A program made the position numbers and the translations under genes. Below, piece by piece: positions 27,454-35,691 of a DNA stretch of 46,438 nt. The notes below the pieces were generated by a model, which was not told where the DNA came from, did not search any database, and was given only the letters and a program-made list of their open reading frames with translations. The stretch lies in IMG/VR virus record IMGVR_UViG_3300045988_112125, one strand, 5' to 3'. Numbering within the stretch: position 1 is the stretch's first letter; each line of letters opens with the position of its first letter. The DNA comes from a virus.

Positions 27454-28880
27454 TTTCCTATTCCCCTTTCCATAACATAATCTACAATATCCTGTTTATT
27501 TACAAGCGCCTCCATCATAAGCTCATCCATGCTGACGCCTTTATCAAGCTGCCCTATGATGTGGTAATATACTACAGGTCTGGTTTGTCCTGGTCTATGT
27601 ATCCGCTTACGTGACTGAAGATACAGGCTAAGTTTTCGTGTCAGGCTGTAGTAAATGCAATATCTGGCTCTTGTCAGGTCTATGGACTCGGAGCCTGAAC
27701 TGTACTGAACCCCTAAAACCGTGGCCTTACTGGCCTTCCACTCCTTAAGGGTGTCCTCTGTTCCACTTACCTCAGAATAGCCTAGCTTCATTTCCCTGCA
27801 CAAGTTCCTAATCACTTTTAAGTCCTTACGGTAATTAGCAAACACTACCACAGGTTCATGTTTTGGCAGGCCTTCCAGTAAGTCCTTTAAGGCTTCAACC
27901 CTTTCACGGTGCAAATTTATGACAGTTCTTTTGCAGTCTGGGCTATCTTGATATTTTGGCTCAGCTACAGCAAAACCAGAAGTCATCTGTTGTAACTTTA
28001 ATACCATAGTCAACGCACAGTCCGTTTCAATATACTTTCCGTTCAGACATATAACCCCTTCGTCCTGTAGCTTTTTATACACCCTTTGACAGGGTTTTGG
28101 TAGCTTAAAGTGATAGGTTATATCGGTCTGCTCTGGTAGTTCCACTGATGATTCTACATAAAATGCACAACTGAACATTTTGTCATGCAGTTCGTCTAAG
28201 TGTATGTAGGGTTGCTTTTTATCAAGTACCGGGAAACCGCAGGCAGCTGTAGCCTGTGCGTTAAGGTTTTGGTACCGGGCTTTAAAATTGCCAAAGTTTG
28301 TGCCGAATATAGATGGGTCTAAAAATCTGTATTGAGCGTATACGTCCATGGGGTTTTCTGCCAGCGGTGTACCTGTGACAAGGTATCGGCACGATGCTCT
28401 TTTGCCAAGCTTTGTAAGGTATAAGCTGCATTTACTTGACGGCGTTTTGATACGGTGACTTTCATCACATACAATGCAGTTTATACCAACGGTTTTCCTA
28501 AGCAGGTAGCTAGCTATAGGCTCTCTCCAGATTGACTCATAGTTCACAATAATAACCTTTGTACCGGTTGCCATGTCTTTATTTACAGGGCCGAAGTATT
28601 CCTGAAGAGCAACCTTCTTTTTATTGGCTGACAGCCCATGCAGGTTTCTGCAAGATATTTTACCCTCAAAACCGTGGATAGAAATCTGCTCTTCCCATAC
28701 ATCACAGGACTTAGCTGTACCTACTACAACAACACGTTTGAACCCACGATTTTGCATCAGGTCTATCATGATTTTGGTTTTGCCAGTACCCATATCTGTG
28801 TACAAAGCAGCGGTATCCCTATTATAGAGATACCGCAAGGCTTTTTCCTGATGTGGCCATGGTTTTGTTTTATATATCAT
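27441..28880 (-). CDS. SNF2/RAD54-family helicase
   Basis: Motif I DMGTGKT, motif II CDESHRIK, and C-terminal helicase motifs (..QSRKRIHRPGQ). Confidence 0.9.
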   Translation of the reverse strand: MIYKTKPWPHQEKALRYLYNRDTAALYTDMGTGKTKIMIDLMQNRGFKRVVVVGTAKSCDVWEEQISIHGFEGKISCRNLHGLSANKKKVALQEYFGPVNKDMATGTKVIIVNYESIWREPIASYLLRKTVGINCIVCDESHRIKTPSSKCSLYLTKLGKRASCRYLVTGTPLAENPMDVYAQYRFLDPSIFGTNFGNFKARYQNLNAQATAACGFPVLDKKQPYIHLDELHDKMFSCAFYVESSVELPEQTDITYHFKLPKPCQRVYKKLQDEGVICLNGKYIETDCALTMVLKLQQMTSGFAVAEPKYQDSPDCKRTVINLHRERVEALKDLLEGLPKHEPVVVFANYRKDLKVIRNLCREMKLGYSEVSGTEDTLKEWKASKATVLGVQYSSGSESIDLTRARYCIYYSLTRKLSLYLQSRKRIHRPGQTRPVVYYHIIGQLDKGVSMDELMMEALVNKQDIVDYVMERGIGKWKC

Positions 28881-29113
28881 CTTCTCTTCTTCTTTCTGTT
28901 CTTATGCACTTCCCACATAGCCCACATCATGATAACACCTATGAAGAATATAAGACAGGTGATTGGAGCCATTACCAAAGCCCAGCTCCAGCTCACTACG
29001 TCTGTCAGCTTAAGCATGATAAACACGGCCTGAATTAACCACACACTTAGCGTCATAGTCTTACCAATCATTACTGCACAGCCCTCCGGCCCGGGGTTAC
29101 TCACTTTCTTCAT
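28877..29113 (-). CDS. Small membrane protein (start uncertain; MKKVSNPG chosen)
   Basis: Two hydrophobic helices and a basic C-terminus (KNRKKKRR). Alternative starts lie at 29134 and 29122. Confidence 0.5.
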   Translation of the reverse strand: MKKVSNPGPEGCAVMIGKTMTLSVWLIQAVFIMLKLTDVVSWSWALVMAPITCLIFFIGVIMMWAMWEVHKNRKKKRR

Positions 29114-29411
29114 TACCACCATTTCCCTCCTCAATGCTCTCTAAAAGCTGAATAACGTCAATTATGCTGTAGCAAATCCCACACAGCGCACCGGCTTGTT
29201 CCCAACGCTTTAAGTACCGCTTCTGTTTTTCGCTAGGTTTATATCCTGTGTCCGGGCTTTTCAGTTCTATTTTAAAGCACCGTCCCCTGTAGCATCCGTT
29301 TATATCAGCCCTGCCAGACTGCTTTGCATTTCCACTGACATTTTCAGCTATGCAACCCGGTATACTGTTAAGGAGTTTTAAAACCTTAGACTGAAGAGCT
29401 GATTCTCTCAT
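29097..29411 (-). CDS. VRR-NUC domain nuclease
   Basis: GRADINGCYRGRCFKIELKSPD...SEKQKRYL, matching the D..ExK..Q pattern. It sits beside the SNF2 helicase, a common phage pairing. Confidence 0.75.
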   Translation of the reverse strand: MRESALQSKVLKLLNSIPGCIAENVSGNAKQSGRADINGCYRGRCFKIELKSPDTGYKPSEKQKRYLKRWEQAGALCGICYSIIDVIQLLESIEEGNGGNEESE

Positions 29412-29775
29412 AAATTGACCCCCTTAGCCTACTGTACTTTGCTACCGCTTTGTCATCCCAGTACTCATTGGCGTATATCTTTCTTGTGTCATTGTTGAAC
29501 ATATGCTGTACTTCAGATATATTTGTATTTATTGAATCAAAATACAATCCGTTCATGGTGCAAAAGTCTATTGCTTCAGCAAGCTGACGGCCATCACGTG
29601 ATGTCCATAAGACAACTTTAGCCCCAGTTCTCTGTGCTTGGATTAAATCAACCCACACCTGTGGCCTTGGCTTGCCAATATACGGAAACTCATCCTCCAC
29701 AAGTGTTCCATCAAAGTCCACTGCAATAATATACGGCAGCTTACTCATCTCTTCTTTTGATATGGTATTAATCAT
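29386..29775 (-). CDS. HAD-superfamily phosphatase
   Basis: Motif I AVDFDGTL. Small cap-less HAD architecture, 129 aa. Confidence 0.65.
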   Translation of the reverse strand: MINTISKEEMSKLPYIIAVDFDGTLVEDEFPYIGKPRPQVWVDLIQAQRTGAKVVLWTSRDGRQLAEAIDFCTMNGLYFDSINTNISEVQHMFNNDTRKIYANEYWDDKAVAKYSRLRGSIYERISSSV

Positions 29776-30121
29776 AATACTTTAACTCCTCTTCCATGTG
29801 TTTTGTCAGCCATGCCCTTACCCACCCTTGACGGTCTGTGACAGTCTCCCGGAAGAAATATGGGTATGCCTTGTGGTAAAACTCCATTATCAGTTTTCTT
29901 GCTATTAAAATATCATTGCTGTGAGTCATGGGTGTTTTATATCCAAAATCATCCTCAACCCATCTGGAAATATACCCAGCTAAATCAGACCGCGTTATAC
30001 CTAACTTTGTCAGAAACTCATAATACACTTCGCTTTTCATGTAGCAAAAGTGAAACCATAGGAATTGGTCTGTAGCATTGTCAACTACTTTTATTTTTAC
30101 CTTTGTCATCATATCTGCCAT
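29768..30121 (-). CDS. Hypothetical protein (117 aa; start moved to MADMM)
   Basis: AGGGGGTG RBS 5 nt before the ATG at 30121. No family recognised. Confidence 0.55.
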   Translation of the reverse strand: MADMMTKVKIKVVDNATDQFLWFHFCYMKSEVYYEFLTKLGITRSDLAGYISRWVEDDFGYKTPMTHSNDILIARKLIMEFYHKAYPYFFRETVTDRQGWVRAWLTKHMEEELKYYD

Positions 30122-30132
30122 TGGCACACCCC

Positions 30133-30879
30133 CTATAAAACAGGTGTACCGTCTACAGACTGAGTGTAACTTTTATCTAAGTTTTCCAAGGCTTTTTTGT
30201 AGTCTCTTGCGTACATATGGAGTGAACCGGCGTTGTGTGTATACGTTCCCAGCTCAAGACCTAGCTCCATAGCCAGTCTAACCTGCATAGCTGTAAACTG
30301 GAGTACGTCATTAGGGTAGCCCATCCATAAATCATTAGAACGCATATTTGTCACCATGTAGAGCCTTCCATCACGCACAAAAAACTGAAGGTAAACCGTG
30401 CAGTTAACGTCTTTTGTGGGGTTGTCCAGCAGGTTCCTGGGTTCCTTGATATGAATAACTGCCTGTCTGCTGCTAGGGTCTATTGAGAGTAGGTTTTTTA
30501 CAAACTCCATCTGATCGAACCCGTACTTTTTCATTATGCAGTGGCCGTAATTGCTGTTCACAGTTTTGCCGTTATCGCTCATTCTGTCCCATGCGTTTGT
30601 GTAAAGCTTAATCGCATCAAGGTTTGGGTTACCAGACAGGTACCATAGCAGTTCACCAATAGCATACCGCATTGGAAGTTTTCTTATCGGTGTCTTGAGG
30701 ATACATCTTGTAGGGTCTTTAATAACTGTGGTGCAATTTAGAATCTCACCAACTACAGCTCCGTCCCGGCTGTCAGCTTCATATCCGTTTTGTGCCTGCC
30801 TGCTAATCTCTGAGAACAGATTTAACCACGCTTCATCAATATTCTCATAAACACCATGCTTAAACTCTAAAATACCCAT
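30133..30879 (-). CDS. ThyA-family deoxycytidylate hydroxymethylase-like enzyme (T4 gp42-like)
   Basis: Motifs ELLWY, VNSNYG, NC(160)TVYLQFFVRDG, MRSND, YPND(191)VLQF and GSLHMY. The Cys-to-Asp spacing of 31 residues matches T4 gp42 C148/D179 as I recall it. Confidence 0.75.
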   Translation of the reverse strand: MGILEFKHGVYENIDEAWLNLFSEISRQAQNGYEADSRDGAVVGEILNCTTVIKDPTRCILKTPIRKLPMRYAIGELLWYLSGNPNLDAIKLYTNAWDRMSDNGKTVNSNYGHCIMKKYGFDQMEFVKNLLSIDPSSRQAVIHIKEPRNLLDNPTKDVNCTVYLQFFVRDGRLYMVTNMRSNDLWMGYPNDVLQFTAMQVRLAMELGLELGTYTHNAGSLHMYARDYKKALENLDKSYTQSVDGTPVL

Positions 30880-30880
30880 A

Positions 30881-31393
30881 TTACACCTCCGAAGTATTCC
30901 ACTCTTTTACGTTCAGAATGGAGCAGTTAAACGTACCTCTAAACTTTGCGATAATGTCCTCAACCGGCGTTCCACCCATGATAGCCTCTTTCCTTGCGTC
31001 AAGTCTTTCCCTGATGTCTTCGGGGTCTGCTACCACATGAATTACGGTAGCTCCGGCCTCTAACATTTCAGTTTCCAGCAGGTTAAGCATGGTTACAGCT
31101 GCCTGCCTATTCGGTACCTCGTACACATTGTTACCAATCACAACGCTGTGCGTTCCTTCCATCGGTATGCTCAGCGGCCTGTCCTGTTCTTCCTGATATA
31201 CGAATTGGCCATAACAGAACCGGTCTGCAATAATATTCCGTGTCTTGCTGACCTCAATAATACTATGGAAAAATGTATAGTTGTTTGGTGTAAACTGTGT
31301 GCAGTGAATAACCTCTGCATTCATAATCTCTGCCAGCTTTTTAGCCAGTGTGCTTTTACCTGAACCATCACAACCCTCTAACACAATTAGCAT
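30881..31393 (-). CDS. dNMP kinase (thymidylate kinase-like)
   Basis: P-loop LEGCDGSGKST, 170 aa. The gene starts 1 nt downstream of the ThyA-like gene's stop... corrected: its stop (30881) lies 1 nt upstream of the ThyA-like gene's start codon (30879). Confidence 0.75.
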   Translation of the reverse strand: MLIVLEGCDGSGKSTLAKKLAEIMNAEVIHCTQFTPNNYTFFHSIIEVSKTRNIIADRFCYGQFVYQEEQDRPLSIPMEGTHSVVIGNNVYEVPNRQAAVTMLNLLETEMLEAGATVIHVVADPEDIRERLDARKEAIMGGTPVEDIIAKFRGTFNCSILNVKEWNTSEV

Positions 31394-31551
31394 TTTGTTT
31401 CCTCCCTCTTAATGTCAATTCTTATCACGTTTTTAACCCTGTAGACAGTAATTTTTCCGTCTATGAGCTTAAACTCCATTTTTGGTATTTCAGGGTCATC
31501 TACTAACTTTCTGTATGCTCTGTTTATCCATTCTAAGTACTCACGCTCCAT
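31387..31551 (-). CDS. Small hypothetical protein (54 aa; below the ORF-track cutoff)
   Basis: GGAGGAG RBS. The ATG at 31551 lies 3 nt after the upstream stop, and its own stop overlaps the downstream ATG (ATGCTAA). Confidence 0.5.
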   Translation of the reverse strand: MEREYLEWINRAYRKLVDDPEIPKMEFKLIDGKITVYRVKNVIRIDIKREETKC

Positions 31552-31554
31552 ATT

Positions 31555-32445
31555 CTACTCCTCCATTTTCCAATAGTTCCACTTAAATTTCAGGCTTTCC
31601 CACCCTGATTTTGTGGTCTTAAACCCAACCCCTTTATGGCTTTTTCCTTTAAGTACTACTCTTACAAATCTGCTGTTTAAGGTCTTATATTTTTCATTGA
31701 CTTCTTCATCGTTTTTGCATCCCCCAGAGTTAGAACCTATGCTTGGACAATCATAAACTAAGTCTCTAAACACTATAGTTTTTAAGCCTTTTTCCATGCA
31801 CTCAAACTGAAGAGCATAGTCATCAACCCCTACCTCAGAATTGGCTCTAAAATTTATCTTATTATCCTTTAACTGTTTTGTGTTTACATGAATACACTGG
31901 ATGCAACACCCGCAGTTATACACATATGCTGAATTTTTATTCCTGATATTCCACCAATCACTCTTTAACCCCGGAGCTGATAACGCAACTTCATACTTTC
32001 TTTCCTGTATGAGCTTAACCCACATCTTTAATGCATAAGCATTTACATTGTAAGGCCTTCCGGTATTTGTGGAATGAACCCTCATAACCATTTTTCCGTT
32101 TTTAGTTGGGGCTGGCTCTAGAAAATCAAGAAGCCTTATGTCATCATCAATTAAGAAAATATTGTCGATACCTTTTTTCCAGCAATATCTTATAATTGCT
32201 GCTTTTGTGCTCCCTCCATCATGCACATTTTTCAGCTTAACTATGATAAACCTATCACCATACTTTTTGTACAAATTATACTGCTCTTTTCTTATGAAAA
32301 GTATAACACTATATCTATTTTGAGTATAAAGGTTTTTTAACAGAGTCGCTTCTGGCCTGTTGTAGGATGGTATGCAGATAGGAAATATTTCACTATCTTT
32401 CATATGCTTACTGCACCATTTTGCCATTTTATGTGCTCTATACAT
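31555..32445 (-). CDS. GT-A (GT2-like) glycosyltransferase; candidate DNA base glycosyltransferase
   Basis: N-terminal FPICIPSYNRPE and DxD-type IFLIDDDIRL. The target is inferred only from its operon context with the hmC-type enzyme and the kinase. Confidence 0.55.
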   Translation of the reverse strand: MYRAHKMAKWCSKHMKDSEIFPICIPSYNRPEATLLKNLYTQNRYSVILFIRKEQYNLYKKYGDRFIIVKLKNVHDGGSTKAAIIRYCWKKGIDNIFLIDDDIRLLDFLEPAPTKNGKMVMRVHSTNTGRPYNVNAYALKMWVKLIQERKYEVALSAPGLKSDWWNIRNKNSAYVYNCGCCIQCIHVNTKQLKDNKINFRANSEVGVDDYALQFECMEKGLKTIVFRDLVYDCPSIGSNSGGCKNDEEVNEKYKTLNSRFVRVVLKGKSHKGVGFKTTKSGWESLKFKWNYWKMEE

Positions 32446-32492
32446 ATTCACCTCTTATCATAAAGGGGGGCCGTAGCCCCCTGTTTTAATGC

Positions 32493-33299
32493 TTAAGCCT
32501 CTTCCCAGTCTTCTTCGTCCTCTTCCTCATCGTCTTCATCTTCAGGCTCAGGCTTTTTAGCCTTATTAGCAGGCTTAGAGGCTTTTTTGGCTGGTTTCTT
32601 TACCGATTTAGACTCTTCCTCATCCTCTTCCTCGTCTTCGTCAAAGTCTTCCTCGTCATCTTCTTCTGGCTCTGGGGCTTTCTTCTTAGGGGACTTCTTC
32701 GCCGGTTTTTTAGCTGGCTTTTTCGGCTGCTCCTCTTCCTCGTCTTCATCCTCATCGTCAAAGTCTTCGTCTGACTCATCCTCGTCATCCTCTACAGGCT
32801 TTTTCTTCTTGACTGTGGTTTTTCCTTTCTGAACTTTTTTGGATGGCTTTTTGCCCGGTTTTTCGTCCTCAGCCTCATCCTCATCATCAAAGTCCTCAAC
32901 CTCATCATCCTCAGCATCATCAGACTCAGCAGACAGTTTCCGATATTCCTGAATACGGGCTCTGGTCTGTCCGTTATACTCCTCATGTTTAACCTCAATT
33001 ACCAGAACCTTGCCTTCCAGCTTATCTAAGTCAAGTGAAATCTTACCATTGGCTTTCATACCTACAGCTTGGAGCATAGCTTTGAGCTTCCACAGGGCTG
33101 TATCCACCAGAGGATAATTCTCATACACTCTTGCACCCTTGTCTTCACCACGGATAACTTCAAAGCAGCACACCAACATATCATTTCCACCCTGAGAGGT
33201 CTTCTCCTCAATAGACTGGATTTTTACAACGTGTCTTCCCTCGCTTGCCTTGCTGAATGCTTCTACTCCTGTCATGTCTACCTTTAATCTTCTAGCCAT
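32493..33299 (-). CDS. DUF669-like (SSB-like) protein with a long polyampholyte K/E/D tail
   Basis: The N-terminal ~125 aa resemble DUF669, and the gene sits beside a Sak4-like ATPase. The C-terminal ~140 aa alternate acidic and basic blocks and end in EEDWEEA. Confidence 0.55.
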   Translation of the reverse strand: MARRLKVDMTGVEAFSKASEGRHVVKIQSIEEKTSQGGNDMLVCCFEVIRGEDKGARVYENYPLVDTALWKLKAMLQAVGMKANGKISLDLDKLEGKVLVIEVKHEEYNGQTRARIQEYRKLSAESDDAEDDEVEDFDDEDEAEDEKPGKKPSKKVQKGKTTVKKKKPVEDDEDESDEDFDDEDEDEEEEQPKKPAKKPAKKSPKKKAPEPEEDDEEDFDEDEEEDEEESKSVKKPAKKASKPANKAKKPEPEDEDDEEEDEEDWEEA

Positions 33300-33342
33300 T
33301 ATGTTTTCCTCCTATATTATATCATATTATATTTAATTATGG

Positions 33343-34077
33343 TTACCCCTGAATTATCCCCATCAACTTATCATACGTTGGATTTATTACAATGTCCGGG
33401 ACTTGAATACCGGGGTTTATCTGAAGTTTAGTCCAGTAATACGGGTTAGCTCCAATATGTACAGCATACCGGACAACTTCTTTTTCCTGCCCTGTCTTTT
33501 TGCTTATGATGGTTTTCTTAAGCTTTGTGGTATGAATACCATAGTTCGCCATGCCTTCAAGATAGGTTCTGGCACCCTTTGTAACTGATGGCCTGATGTC
33601 TGGCAGTATCTCATCTTCCATACCTTCAATACTGTCGTTGGACTCATGGCAGGATAGAACCACGATATGACTCAGTGCGAGCTTATGGAAAATCTTGATA
33701 AGTTCTTCGCTGTCAATCTTTACCTCTCCCCACATCTGCTGAGTCATTTTCTTATTCTTCTGTGTGGCATTCTTATCTATCCACTCATTAGTAATCATTG
33801 AAAATGTATCAACAAATATGGTCTTATACTTTTTGTCTGTCATTAAGCCCTGAGCCGTATCTTTAAGGTCTGCCAGTGACTCAGCTCTTACAGCCATGAC
33901 CCCTTCGGTGTCTGCAATCGTGTTACTTCCATCGTCACCCACCTGTATATATAGCATAGGTTTAGGGAACGTAGCCCCTAAAGCTGTTTTACCAGTGCCG
34001 GATTTACCCCAGATAACCCACAGGTTACGCTGTCCAAGTTTTTCTATGCTTACTGCTTTACTCAGTAAGTTAGCCAT
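33343..34077 (-). CDS. Sak4-like RecA-fold ATPase (AAA_24)
   Basis: Walker A WGKSGTGKT, Walker B-like IFVDTF, 244 aa. Synteny with the DUF669 protein and the exonuclease. Confidence 0.75.
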   Translation of the reverse strand: MANLLSKAVSIEKLGQRNLWVIWGKSGTGKTALGATFPKPMLYIQVGDDGSNTIADTEGVMAVRAESLADLKDTAQGLMTDKKYKTIFVDTFSMITNEWIDKNATQKNKKMTQQMWGEVKIDSEELIKIFHKLALSHIVVLSCHESNDSIEGMEDEILPDIRPSVTKGARTYLEGMANYGIHTTKLKKTIISKKTGQEKEVVRYAVHIGANPYYWTKLQINPGIQVPDIVINPTYDKLMGIIQG

Positions 34078-35044
34078 TTACTCTGTGCTCCTCCTTTTCT
34101 TTATAGTTTTTCTCAATGATGTAGGCTGTATCACCCCCACTCATTTCACTGAAGCAAATATCTCTGAAGCTGCACCACTTACAGTCCCTAGTTACGTTTT
34201 TAGTCTTATTAGTACTGCCTCTTTTTGCCATGTCTTTACAGGTATAAACAAACCCTTCCCAGATGTCTTCTACCATCTGTGGGTAAAAGTCCTGCTTAAC
34301 CCTGAAGAAAAAGTTACCTACATTACCGTTATACAGCTCTGAGCCTCTTTTTATCACTGATTTGTCAGTTATTCCCTTGCTTTTACAAGCCCTTGCCCAG
34401 CTGTACGGGGTTATGTCTGCACTTTTTGACTCACTGAATCTGTGAGACTTTTCCAGCCATATAGGCTCCTTAGCCGGAGCTGATTTAATGTAGTCCCATA
34501 TTACCCCTTCAGGTAAAATTCCTCTAAGAGTTTGAGTTGCCTTTGCATATAAGCATTTTTGCGTATTCATGGTGAGCGTGTTCATGTCTGGCCTTTGATT
34601 AAATGTCTTATGCTCCCCTATGAGTATTCGCTTTTTGCCATTTATTTTCTGCAAATACAACTCATCAATAACTCCTACAAAGTACACCGGCTCCCCTTTA
34701 CAATACCCTAGCAGTATTTCAAACGGTTCTTCCGTTTTCTGTGGTAAAGGGGCTCCTCTGTACACTCTGACATAGTCCCTGAATATGGTAAACAGGTCTT
34801 CCACATAACTATCACCCAGCTCTGTCTGCCAGCTGCCCGGCATCTCGTAAAACTTATCCCGGATGTCCTCCTTAGCTTGTCTTAGAGCTTCTTTATCACC
34901 TCTTAGCTCTAAAAGTTTATGAAAGTCACTTCCAAAGTATAGCGGTCTTACTGGCTTTTTAAGTGTAAGTCGCTGTACATACCCTAGATAATGTTTATAC
35001 GGGCAGCTTAAATATGTACTAAACCGTGAATAACTTATGTGCAT
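34070..35044 (-). CDS. PD-(D/E)xK exonuclease, Cas4/RecB-like with a Cys cluster (start moved to MHISYSRFS)
   Basis: N-terminal YLSCPYK, central VIDELY...GEHKT, and C-terminal CKWCSFRDIC, which is the Cas4-type four-Cys arrangement. Confidence 0.75.
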   Translation of the reverse strand: MHISYSRFSTYLSCPYKHYLGYVQRLTLKKPVRPLYFGSDFHKLLELRGDKEALRQAKEDIRDKFYEMPGSWQTELGDSYVEDLFTIFRDYVRVYRGAPLPQKTEEPFEILLGYCKGEPVYFVGVIDELYLQKINGKKRILIGEHKTFNQRPDMNTLTMNTQKCLYAKATQTLRGILPEGVIWDYIKSAPAKEPIWLEKSHRFSESKSADITPYSWARACKSKGITDKSVIKRGSELYNGNVGNFFFRVKQDFYPQMVEDIWEGFVYTCKDMAKRGSTNKTKNVTRDCKWCSFRDICFSEMSGGDTAYIIEKNYKEKEEHRVNG

Positions 35045-35066
35045 TGTGGAATCCTTTCGAGTTAGA

Positions 35067-35558
35067 CTACTCTTCATCGTCCTCTACTTCTTCATACTCG
35101 TCATCGTCATCGTCATCCTCTTCAGGTTCCGGCTCTTTTACTTTTTTCTTAGAAGGTTTCTTAGATTTTGCCGGTTTCTTTTTAGAAGCCTCTTCCTCCT
35201 CGTCATCCTCTTCCAGCTCTTCCTCTTCATCTTCTTTGACTTTCTTTTTCTTAGCCTTTGCAGCCTCAGCAGCCTTCTTACGCATCTCAGCCTTTTCCTG
35301 CTTTGCTTTTGTAGCTTTGCGGATGTCACGAGGATTTACGTATGAGCCATCATCCTCAATGATGATATTAGCGTAAGCCGGATTCTTAGGGTTAAGCTGC
35401 TTACCGGATTTTCTGTCAAACTCTACCTCTGAGCCATCAGCCTTCTTAATGGTGATAATCTTTGCATCAGCCTTTACTACTGGATAAACTCCAAGCTTCA
35501 TTCCTGTGAAACCACACATAATAACAGTGTTCCCTTTTTTGATTTTTGCAAGTGACAT
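35067..35558 (-). CDS. Hypothetical protein: FTGM small domain plus polyampholyte tail
   Basis: The N-terminal ~60 aa are paralogous to the C-termini of 43324..44142 and 44925..45269. The C-terminal half consists of alternating K-rich and D/E-rich blocks. Confidence 0.6.
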   Translation of the reverse strand: MSLAKIKKGNTVIMCGFTGMKLGVYPVVKADAKIITIKKADGSEVEFDRKSGKQLNPKNPAYANIIIEDDGSYVNPRDIRKATKAKQEKAEMRKKAAEAAKAKKKKVKEDEEEELEEDDEEEEASKKKPAKSKKPSKKKVKEPEPEEDDDDDDEYEEVEDDEE

Positions 35559-35617
35559 ATCTTGCCCTCCTTATAATATTATGGTATGTATGATAAACGC
35601 TTTAGCGTTTTATCCTA

Positions 35618-35691
35618 TGGGTCTTATAGGACTCGAACCTACGGCCGTCCGGTTATGAGCCGGATGCTCTAACCAACTGAGCTAAAGACCC
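35618..35691 (-). tRNA. tRNA with anticodon CAT (elongator Met or lysidine-dependent Ile2)
   Basis: Cloverleaf read by eye: acceptor GGGTCTT/AAGACCC, D arm GCTC-AGTTGGTTA-GAGC, anticodon arm TCCGG-CTCATAA-CCGGA, T arm GTAGG-TTCGAGT-CCTAT, discriminator A. No CCA is encoded, and it is not initiator-like (G1-C72, no GGG/CCC stem). Confidence 0.9.

Noticed and set aside
32587-35376. Plus-strand Ser-rich and Leu/Phe-rich ORFs (32587..32832, 35026..35376, 35037..35345) and minus-strand out-of-frame ORFs (32600..32788, 32792..32998, 35138..35329)
   Set aside because: These are artefacts of the GAn/CTn low-complexity DNA that encodes the K/E/D tails. They stay open in several frames and have no translation signals.
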